From Candidatus Hermodarchaeota archaeon (GTDB lineage Archaea; Asgardarchaeota; Thorarchaeia; Thorarchaeales; Thorarchaeaceae), in NCBI GenBank assembly GCA_048885865.1, contig JBHLLF010000002.1:64001-128000 (forward strand): a stretch of 64,000 bases of DNA. Direction: 5' to 3'. The notes below the pieces were generated by a model. That model ran no database searches, was not told where the DNA came from, and saw only the letters and a list, made by a program, of their open reading frames with translations. Of this stretch, positions 39,760 through 48,013 are shown piece by piece. Both the position numbers and the translations under genes were made by a program. Position 1 is the first letter of the stretch. Each line of letters starts with the position of its first letter.

Positions 39760-40545
39760 TCATCTAAAGAGGTCTTCCTCTTTTGCACGTGGTATGTCCC
39801 TAGCTGTTTCATGTCCTCTATTGTATTTGTAGCCTCTCAATACCACAATTGGCATTCCTTCGTCTGCTTGTCCCATCAAAGGTTCTGCTGCTGAAGCTAT
39901 CTCGTCAATCTGACAGACCATGGACCTTTGCATTGGCTTCCCATAGAGATCGAGCTTTCCTTTGTTATATTTGAACGCACTTATGCCAGCACATCCGAGA
40001 GCAATATTGATTGAGCCTTCTCTCCAAGGTCTGCCCTGTGTGTCAGTTATGATGACCGCCAGTTCGAAACCTGTTTGCTCCTCAAGATTCATCAGAATTG
40101 TAGCAGCACTTGCATCAGGGTCTTTTGGTAGCAAGATGAAGCTATCTGGAGGTGCATTTGATTTGTCTACTCCGCTAAAGTTGCAAATGAGGCCTGATTT
40201 GGTTTCAGTAATCAACACACCTTGGTTCCTTAAGACAACTCGGCTCTCTCTCAATGCCAGTTCGACCTGAACTGGATCGAAGCCATTAGATTCCGCAATC
40301 TCCTCTGCTCTACTAGAAATCTGAACAGAATCACGGTGCACGATTCTGCCTTCTGCCTTCGAGACGATGGAATGAGCTATAACAAGGACATCTCCCGGCT
40401 TCAAAGTAAGTCTGGATTTGCCTAGGCAGTCCAAGATCACAGAGGCTAGATTCATTCCTTTCTCAATCTCAGGGATACCTGGGATGCTAAATATCTGGAT
40501 TCCTAGTTGTGGCAACCTCTCATGTCTCAGAAATTCAGTAGGCAT
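39760..40545 (-). CDS. cofE: Coenzyme F420-0:L-glutamate ligase
   Basis: IVSKAEGR, GVDKSN, LPKDPDASA, IITDTQGRPWR.G, DEIASAA; start codon uncertain. Confidence 0.92.
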   Translation of the reverse strand: MPTEFLRHERLPQLGIQIFSIPGIPEIEKGMNLASVILDCLGKSRLTLKPGDVLVIAHSIVSKAEGRIVHRDSVQISSRAEEIAESNGFDPVQVELALRESRVVLRNQGVLITETKSGLICNFSGVDKSNAPPDSFILLPKDPDASAATILMNLEEQTGFELAVIITDTQGRPWREGSINIALGCAGISAFKYNKGKLDLYGKPMQRSMVCQIDEIASAAEPLMGQADEGMPIVVLRGYKYNRGHETARDIPRAKEEDLFR

Positions 40546-40749
40546 GGTGGCCGAAAAATCTACCTTTGGCCAATATATCTGGCCCAAACCTATCCTAGAA
40601 GGGTATTATGACGGGAAAACAATAAATGGGATATAGAGGAACTCCTGAGAGTCAAGAAACACCGTATTGTGCCTTATCTGGGGTTATAAGTCGGTAAGGG
40701 AATGTCAAACCAATATGCTTGAGCACAGCTTTCAACGGAGCGAATTGCC

Positions 40750-42801
40750 ATGAGTTCAAAGGAGAAGAAATCCAAAAAGGCGAAGAAGAAATCTTCCCCT
40801 GGAAAAAAGACTACTACGGATTCAGTCGCTGCTGGAGCCGGAGCAGGGGATATTCGCCAGGGTACCATTGCCAAGTTCATGCGGAAAAGAACTCAGCTAG
40901 TGGGCTTTGAGACTGGTTTAAACAAGCATACCCAATTTGCAATCGAGTTCCTAGATAACGCAATTGACGCAGTGGAAAGCTGGTGGTGGAAGACTGGCAG
41001 ACATCCACGACTTGATGATCAATTGGATCCCAAGTATGTCGAAGAGATTCGAACAAAGCTTGAGGGAACCCTTCATGACTCAATTGCCCTTAGTAAGAAG
41101 CTTGAGAAGGATGTACGAGAGGGCAATGAAGTTGAAATTCCGCCACGACGGAGAGAAACTCTGCAGGACCGCCTTACAGACTTCAGGAAGTTTGTGGTTC
41201 CGTTTCGAGGCATGATTAACAGACGAGAGCCCCTGTGCGTCATTCAACTTACTGAGGTTCAGATGCCTGACCTAGTCCCGCTTGATGATGAAGAGGGATT
41301 CAAAGTCTACGAATTCATATGCTTTGATAATGGAGTAGGCATGGTTTCTTCAGATTTGGAGAAATTTGGAATCTACCTCGCCTCAAGCAAGTCCGAAAAA
41401 CTAAGGCAGACACGAGGCAGTCAGGGATTTGGTGCTCCTTCAGCCTTTAGCGACGCTCAGAATACAACTGGTAAGCCCATATTCACTATATCGAAGCGGT
41501 TCAACGGCAAAGAAGCCACCGTCACCGATTTCTATACAACTACTGCAAACACAAAGGAATATGTAAGTGGCCCAATCGACATGGAGCTTCCGTTTGAGCA
41601 TGGGACCTATATCAAACTCAACTATCTGAATATCCAGTATCGGCGTGGATATGCTGATACCTACTGTGAGATGGCATCATTGCTCAACTCTCACGTGACC
41701 ATTGTTTTCATCGATCCCTACGGGACAGTACACATCTATCCCAGAAGAGTGAAGGACTTTCCTGCTGAGCCGAAGTACGCTCAGCCTCATCCAGCAAGCA
41801 TCCGTATTGGTGAGTTTCAAGACCTACTTAGAGAATCTCCAGAGCCAGATTTGCGAAGCTTCCTAACCAAAGCCTTTGTGAGGTTGAGTGGAAACAAGGC
41901 AAAGACCATTATTGGGAATGCAAACAAGGAATTGCGTAGGCGACATCAGGATACACTAAGCCCTAAGACTCCTACAGACTCGCTCTCAAAGATGGAGATA
42001 GAATTGCTCTACAAGGCATTCTCTGGAGAGGACTACATAGCACCACCAACAGACACAGTAGTCCCAGTTGGAGAAGAGGTATTTGAGCAGACTATCCACA
42101 TGGCTTATGAGCCAGACTTCGCTACAGCAGTTACGAGAAAACCTACCTCTGGAAAAGGCCTCTCTTTTGCTGTTGAGGTGTGTATTGCGTATGGAGGGAG
42201 TATCAAACCCGCAACTTCTGCCCCAATGGTTCTGTGGCGGTTTGTGAACCGTGTTCCAAAGCTCAGAGACAACAGTGACTGCGCAACTTGGAAGGCAACC
42301 ACCTCGGTTAATTGGAAGAACTACAAGGTGCAGACCTTTGACAATGGCATTCCCCGAGGACCCATTATGGTGTTTATTCATGTGGCTGGAGCATACGTTC
42401 ACGTGATGTTCAAGGGACAGAGCAAGCAAGCACTAGCAGAAGATGAGGTGCTGCTACGTGAGATTAAGTTGGCTCTCGAAGATGCAGGTAGAAGATTTAG
42501 ACGCTTCATTACAAGACGTGAAACAGCCAAGCGAAAGGCAAAGCGTGCAGGAATTCTTGCTATGTATGCTGACCAGTTTTCGCAGAGCCTCGCCGCAATC
42601 GCAAATGATGGAAGGAAGAAACCATTGTTTGATGCTGAGATTGTTGCAAGGAAGATTCGTGACTCAATTACCGGGTTTGAAACTGCAGATGACCAAGAGG
42701 AAACTGAAACAGATGCAAGAGGTACTGATCTCGTTGCCGATGTTCCTCTTGGGGATGGCGATGAAGACTTCATTGAAGTATCAGTGGATGGTGGCGATTA
42801 A
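40750..42801 (+). CDS. top6B: DNA topoisomerase VI subunit B
   Basis: GHKL motifs EFLDNAIDA, DNGVG, QTRGSQGFG, HGT; RFVNRVP; upstream of and coupled to top6A. Confidence 0.93.
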   Translation: MSSKEKKSKKAKKKSSPGKKTTTDSVAAGAGAGDIRQGTIAKFMRKRTQLVGFETGLNKHTQFAIEFLDNAIDAVESWWWKTGRHPRLDDQLDPKYVEEIRTKLEGTLHDSIALSKKLEKDVREGNEVEIPPRRRETLQDRLTDFRKFVVPFRGMINRREPLCVIQLTEVQMPDLVPLDDEEGFKVYEFICFDNGVGMVSSDLEKFGIYLASSKSEKLRQTRGSQGFGAPSAFSDAQNTTGKPIFTISKRFNGKEATVTDFYTTTANTKEYVSGPIDMELPFEHGTYIKLNYLNIQYRRGYADTYCEMASLLNSHVTIVFIDPYGTVHIYPRRVKDFPAEPKYAQPHPASIRIGEFQDLLRESPEPDLRSFLTKAFVRLSGNKAKTIIGNANKELRRRHQDTLSPKTPTDSLSKMEIELLYKAFSGEDYIAPPTDTVVPVGEEVFEQTIHMAYEPDFATAVTRKPTSGKGLSFAVEVCIAYGGSIKPATSAPMVLWRFVNRVPKLRDNSDCATWKATTSVNWKNYKVQTFDNGIPRGPIMVFIHVAGAYVHVMFKGQSKQALAEDEVLLREIKLALEDAGRRFRRFITRRETAKRKAKRAGILAMYADQFSQSLAAIANDGRKKPLFDAEIVARKIRDSITGFETADDQEETETDARGTDLVADVPLGDGDEDFIEVSVDGGD

Positions 42802-44954
42802 TGGCTCGCAAAAAGAAGTCCGAGAAGACTGAAACCATCCAAGAAACCCTTGGAGACCTCGTCGAAACCAAGAAGAAGCCAACAAAGAAGACCACGAAGA
42901 AAGCAACCTCCAAGGACTCTAAAAAGCCTGCAAAAGCGGCCGCCAAACCCAAAACCAAGACCAAACGCAAGAAGCCTGCCTCCAAAAAGGAGAAGCCATC
43001 CGAGAAACCCGCAAAGAAGCCTGCCGAAAAACCAGCTGCCGATGTGGCTCTCGAAGAATCTGGACTATCACTGAGGCTCTTGCCTGGTGTAGGTCAGAAA
43101 TTGGAAGAGAGACTCAAAGCCGCAAAGTATGACACAGTTGAGCAGATATCCAAGTCTCGGTCAAAGAGCATGGCAAGTAGGGTTGATGGTCTAAGCTTGT
43201 CAGGCGCCAAGAAACTGATAGATGCGGCAAAAGAATTGCTTAAGGGTGAAGCAAAGGGCGTCGTGATTGAGGAACCTTCGGCTGCCGAGGCCGATGTCGT
43301 TGATGATAGTCCAGAAACTAGACTCAAGCTAACTGATTTGCCCGGAGTTGGTGGAAAACTTGCTAAAGAACTTGAACGTTCCGGCTACAATACAGTGGCA
43401 AGATTGTCACGTTCTAGACCAAGCTCAGTAGCCAAAGTCGTTGACGGGCTAAGTCTAAAGAAGGCAACAACCCTTGTTGATGCTGCTATTGAACTCATCC
43501 GCGAAGCCGAGATGATTGCTATCTCTGAAACCATCGCTCCAAAGCCTGCCCCACCGGATGAGCCAAGGAAGGTGGAGGAACCGCCAGAGGTAAAACCTGA
43601 GAAGAAGGATGAACCAAAGCCTGAGAAGAAGGAACCACCAAAGGAAGCTCCGAAGAAGCCTACGATACCGAAAAAGCCGAAAAAACCTGAAAAGGAACCA
43701 GAAATCGATGTCCCTAAAAAGACAAAAGCGAAGAAGAAGAAGTCTGGTCTCCCCGTTCCCGATGCAGTAAAGGCCCTTGAAAAAGAAATGAAACGGAAGT
43801 GGAAGGCGGCTGAGAAACGCAAGCTCGCAATTGAGGCAGGAGAGCTTCCAGAGGAAGAGATTGAACCTCTGAAAGAAACTGTGGAGGTTGTTGGCCTTAC
43901 TTCTAATCAAACACAAGACACACTCGTGGATGTCGCAATGGAAGTCCTTAATGAGGCCATGTTAACTGGACGACCAGCTTTTGAGATTCCTAGCAGATCA
44001 AGTGATAATATCGTCTGGGATGAAATCAGAGACCTGCTTCTACTGGGGATGAAGACAGTTGCTCGACCCTACCATTCTCTTGCTTCAGTGGTAGATGCCA
44101 CCAGAACCGCAAGGGTCATGGAGATAGTCTTCCAACTCTTGAAGTCCAATCTGCATGCGACTAAACGAGAGGTCTTCTATAGTGATGTCAATCTGTTTCG
44201 TGAGCAAAAGAGGAGTGACAAGATTATCGAGGATGTAGCTTCTATGCTGCACACGACGCGTGACAGCATTCATGTAGTTGCTTCGGCTCGAGGTTCTGCG
44301 ATGGGAAGAGTTGTGATTCGCGATGGTGGTGACACAATTGATCTAACTCGAATGGGAACCGGCGGTTGGGCAATCACTCCCTTCTTGGATCAAGTTGAGA
44401 TTTTAGAGAGCGATGCCGAGTTCATACTGCTCTCTGAGAAAGATGCAGCAGTTATGCGATTGGCAGAGGCAAAGTATTGGAATAGGCAGCCATGCATAGT
44501 ATTGACAGGAAAAGGTTCAGGTGACATTGCAACTCGTGCCTTCCTACGTATGCTGGTGAAGGAACTGGAGATTCCCGCGTTCGCCTTAGTCGACTCAGAT
44601 CCTTATGGGCATTACATATACTCCGTCTTTCTGCGAGGTAGCAAGAGACTAAGCTATGAGTCTCCCTTCATTGCCACTCCTGAGTTGAAGCTTCTAGGCG
44701 TCCTGAGTCGTGACCTTGAGGAATATAACATTCCAAAATCTGTCAGGATACCAATGGAGCCAACTGACATCAAACGTGTCAGGGACATGCTCAACGAACC
44801 ATTCGTGCAGGCAAACAAAGCATGGGTGAAAGACCTGAAACTCATGTTAAAGCTCAAGGAGAAAGCAGAGATTCAGGCATTCGCGAGCCACAGCTTCGAG
44901 TACCTCACTGATGACTATTTGCCTCGCAAGCTAGAAACAGGGGATTGGATTTAA
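42801..44954 (+). CDS. top6A: DNA topoisomerase VI subunit A (Spo11 homolog) with long N-terminal extension
   Basis: ATKREVFY (catalytic Tyr), EKDA, TGKG, DSDPYG, KAEIQA. Confidence 0.95.
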   Translation: MARKKKSEKTETIQETLGDLVETKKKPTKKTTKKATSKDSKKPAKAAAKPKTKTKRKKPASKKEKPSEKPAKKPAEKPAADVALEESGLSLRLLPGVGQKLEERLKAAKYDTVEQISKSRSKSMASRVDGLSLSGAKKLIDAAKELLKGEAKGVVIEEPSAAEADVVDDSPETRLKLTDLPGVGGKLAKELERSGYNTVARLSRSRPSSVAKVVDGLSLKKATTLVDAAIELIREAEMIAISETIAPKPAPPDEPRKVEEPPEVKPEKKDEPKPEKKEPPKEAPKKPTIPKKPKKPEKEPEIDVPKKTKAKKKKSGLPVPDAVKALEKEMKRKWKAAEKRKLAIEAGELPEEEIEPLKETVEVVGLTSNQTQDTLVDVAMEVLNEAMLTGRPAFEIPSRSSDNIVWDEIRDLLLLGMKTVARPYHSLASVVDATRTARVMEIVFQLLKSNLHATKREVFYSDVNLFREQKRSDKIIEDVASMLHTTRDSIHVVASARGSAMGRVVIRDGGDTIDLTRMGTGGWAITPFLDQVEILESDAEFILLSEKDAAVMRLAEAKYWNRQPCIVLTGKGSGDIATRAFLRMLVKELEIPAFALVDSDPYGHYIYSVFLRGSKRLSYESPFIATPELKLLGVLSRDLEEYNIPKSVRIPMEPTDIKRVRDMLNEPFVQANKAWVKDLKLMLKLKEKAEIQAFASHSFEYLTDDYLPRKLETGDWI

Positions 44955-45050
44955 TTTCTAGCTTACTCATCAGTTCCCATTTGAAAAAAGGCATAAGGGA
45001 CAATATCATGGCGAAGCCACATCACTATAGTGAATTATGGAGGAATCTTG

Positions 45051-45962
45051 TTGGTTGTGTCAGACATTGGCATAGAAGTCATTGATGGTCATGCTCATTT
45101 CATCACTTACAACACTGTTAAGGAGTGGTTCTCAGACCCGGAGGTTCTCGAAAGAGCTAGACAACGAGTCAGCTTTCAAACAGACATGCAGGAGTTCACT
45201 CTGCCCGATGAGCCCTGGGACACTGGGGAGCTTTGGATAAAAGAGCTTGACAAGTATGGAATCTCAGCTATAGGCATGATGATCGGTCCTGAGAGTTGGA
45301 ACGAGTTTCTTGCTGCACGCAACAAGCATCCTGGTCGATTCATGGGATACGCAAATGTCAATCCTGCTTTGGAAGATGCTGTTGAAACCGTTAAGCGTGC
45401 GGGAAGAGATGGCTTCCAGGGCATTAAGCTATATCCAAGTGCGTGGAACTTCCATGTTTACGATGATCGCGTCTATCCGATCTACGAGGAGGCTCTCCGG
45501 CAGAAACTACTGGTTATTCTTCATTTTGGAATTACGATTGGCAATCAAGCTAATCTTCGATACGGAAATCCTCTTGATATTCAGAAGCCTGCACAAGACT
45601 TTCCTGAACTCAACTTCATGATTGCTCATTTTGGAGCTGGCTTCTTTCGAGAGGTACTGATGCTGTTTTATCAGACACATAATGTAGTTGTTGACTCAAG
45701 TGGCAGTAATATGTGGATGACTTATCTTCCATATGACCTGACTATAACAAAGATTTACGAAAAGGCGATGAAAGCCGGAGGATCCTGCAGAATTGTATTT
45801 GGAACTGACTCTTCGTTCTTCCCTAGAGGATTTCGTTATAACATCCTGGAGGAGCAGTATAATGCAGTCAAGTCCCTCTGTCCCCAATTATGTTACACAG
45901 AAGAAGATGTGGATTTGATATTTCGCGGAAACATATTGCGACTTACAGGTTTCAAACCATAG
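45051..45962 (+). CDS. Amidohydrolase family (amidohydro_2)
   Basis: IDGHAH, GIKLYP, LHFG, AHFG, FGTD; start codon approximate. Confidence 0.88.
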   Translation: MVVSDIGIEVIDGHAHFITYNTVKEWFSDPEVLERARQRVSFQTDMQEFTLPDEPWDTGELWIKELDKYGISAIGMMIGPESWNEFLAARNKHPGRFMGYANVNPALEDAVETVKRAGRDGFQGIKLYPSAWNFHVYDDRVYPIYEEALRQKLLVILHFGITIGNQANLRYGNPLDIQKPAQDFPELNFMIAHFGAGFFREVLMLFYQTHNVVVDSSGSNMWMTYLPYDLTITKIYEKAMKAGGSCRIVFGTDSSFFPRGFRYNILEEQYNAVKSLCPQLCYTEEDVDLIFRGNILRLTGFKP

Positions 45963-47183
45963 CTAGGCCTTTCGAATCTTCTTATCTAGGCCTTTGAGCC
46001 TCTTGCTGTCCTCGCCCTCTCGATATCTTTGCGCAGCTTCTTGATACTTTGTGAGTGCCTTTCGTGTCTGACCAGCCTTTACTAGTTCATCCCCCTCATC
46101 CTCAAGGACCTTCCCCCATTCAACATAGCAGTCACGGACCTTTTCCGAGCACTTCGCTCTCTTCTTGGCATCTGTTGAAAACATGTATAATTCTCTGGCC
46201 TTTCGGAATTGAACAATCGCCCATTCGTACTCATTTGATTTTCTATGATTCTCAGCCTGTTCAAAGTGATCGTTGGCCATCGCATCGTAGCCTTCATCGA
46301 TCATCTTGGTGGCATCGGCAATAGCTTTCTCATTGGCAGCTCTCTCAAAGAGCTTCTTAGCCATCTCAAATGTTTCAATTGCAGGCTCGAATTCTTTAGC
46401 TTCCAGTTTCCTAAAACCGTCTTCCATTCTTGCTTTGCCCATCGCTTCGTAGACATAGCCGGGATACTCAAACCCGTCACCAGATATGGAGAAACCACAA
46501 TTAGGACACTCCGGTGTATCAAGCTCAGGCATTGGAGTCGTCACTGCAATCTTCTTGGGCGTTCCAACAACAGTGTCAATGAAATCCTTTGAGGTTACGC
46601 CTCTCCCGCCAGGGAACAGGTGAGTGACTGCATCTCTCGTAGGATTGTCTTTACCTTCAGGAAACAGATGGTCAAAGACCTCTACCGGGTGGACTTCCAT
46701 CTCTTCCGACATTACTCGAGGTGGTGAAACCTCTTTGAATGGCATTCCTACCTTTATCTCGGGGTCCATCCCCTCAACTTCCCAGCTCAAATCAGAGCTA
46801 CTTCCTGCGGTTTCTTCAGGTACACTATCAGGAACTGGCTCTGGCGCAGCTGCTTCTTCGGTGGTTGATTCAACCAGCTTCTCATCAACTTCCCAGGACA
46901 GGTCTTCATTAGTGGATTTCGGTGCCGCTGATGGTGGAGCTTCTTCTACTACCGGCGCATCAACATCTGGGAGCTCAGTGTCTGGCAAGATTTCTAGCTC
47001 TGCGGGGGGCTCGCCAAGGTCTGGAACGTCATCGAGTTCAGAAACCTCTGGTAGAACATCCTTGCTTGCTTCTGAGGTCGTAGGTACATGTCCATTTGGT
47101 AGTCTGTTTCCACAACCCATACAGAAGGTTGAGCCCCTACGACTGCGTCTTCCACATTCCGGACATTCGACACTTCCTTCCAT
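45963..47183 (-). CDS. Zinc ribbon + acidic/Pro-rich linker + TPR-like helical repeat protein
   Basis: CPEC...CMGC; disordered acidic middle; CPNC; TPR-like AIETFEMA, AIVQFRKA, ALTKYQEA. Confidence 0.75.
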   Translation of the reverse strand: MEGSVECPECGRRSRRGSTFCMGCGNRLPNGHVPTTSEASKDVLPEVSELDDVPDLGEPPAELEILPDTELPDVDAPVVEEAPPSAAPKSTNEDLSWEVDEKLVESTTEEAAAPEPVPDSVPEETAGSSSDLSWEVEGMDPEIKVGMPFKEVSPPRVMSEEMEVHPVEVFDHLFPEGKDNPTRDAVTHLFPGGRGVTSKDFIDTVVGTPKKIAVTTPMPELDTPECPNCGFSISGDGFEYPGYVYEAMGKARMEDGFRKLEAKEFEPAIETFEMAKKLFERAANEKAIADATKMIDEGYDAMANDHFEQAENHRKSNEYEWAIVQFRKARELYMFSTDAKKRAKCSEKVRDCYVEWGKVLEDEGDELVKAGQTRKALTKYQEAAQRYREGEDSKRLKGLDKKIRKA

Positions 47184-47289
47184 AATTCTACCCACTGAGT
47201 CTTTATCCTACAGATTTGCGCAGTCAAGTCTGTTTTGACACTGTTGGGGTATCGCCAGTCCATATGAACAATCCTCGTACGGTTCAGGG

Positions 47290-47919
47290 TCAAACGTACA
47301 ATAGCCAATATGTAGGCAATGTAATCAAGATTCCAACCAAGACGCCCGCGATGGCTTGGGCTAGACTATGCTGTTTGAGCACAGTCCGTGACCAGATAAC
47401 TGCAGTCCAAAGAATAATGATAGGCCACGCAATCCATCCATACACAATAAGAAGTGCCGTCCCAGGGCCGCCAACACCAGCCCCATGTACCGACACCTTG
47501 GACTTGAGCGTGGTAATCATAATTCCAGAAGTAACAGTAAAATAGGCAGCTGAAAGCGTAGCGAGAATGAGACATTCAGCAAGTGAGAAGATTACATACA
47601 CTATACCATAGCATAGGAGAGAGAATACGAAAAACCTAGCCCTGGTTTCTCGTGAAGAAACATCCAGATCAACATGACCTCGCCAAGCAGATAGAATGAT
47701 TGGCACAATTGGAAGAACAACCATACCAGGAATGAGAATAAGAATGGCTGTTGTGGAATTGAGCACGGGACCAAGGCCTATTGGCGAAGAATACACCATA
47801 ATTAACCCGACATAAAGGTTGATGAGGGGTGCCGGCGTCAGTCTTGAGATTACTCTTGCAACCTGAACGCCGGCTCCAGCAATGTCAAGGCTCTCGTCGT
47901 TGTATCTCAGCGTACTCAT
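47290..47919 (-). CDS. PAP2-superfamily membrane phosphatase-like protein
   Basis: KVSVHG and WSR..LKQHS..Q.IAG motifs; multiple TM. Confidence 0.75.
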   Translation of the reverse strand: MSTLRYNDESLDIAGAGVQVARVISRLTPAPLINLYVGLIMVYSSPIGLGPVLNSTTAILILIPGMVVLPIVPIILSAWRGHVDLDVSSRETRARFFVFSLLCYGIVYVIFSLAECLILATLSAAYFTVTSGIMITTLKSKVSVHGAGVGGPGTALLIVYGWIAWPIIILWTAVIWSRTVLKQHSLAQAIAGVLVGILITLPTYWLLYV

Positions 47920-48013
47920 TGGTGAGGTTTAGTCCAATAGTCACCATCTTCAATGTTTTCATCCGCTGTTTTCACGAGGAATATCTCCTCTCTTAGTGAT
48001 ACATCATTCGTGC

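Noticed and set aside
43385-43916. Phe/Gly-rich antisense ORFs in top6A and many other 60-200 aa shadow ORFs
   Set aside because: Mirror images of low-complexity or real coding sequence on the opposite strand or frame
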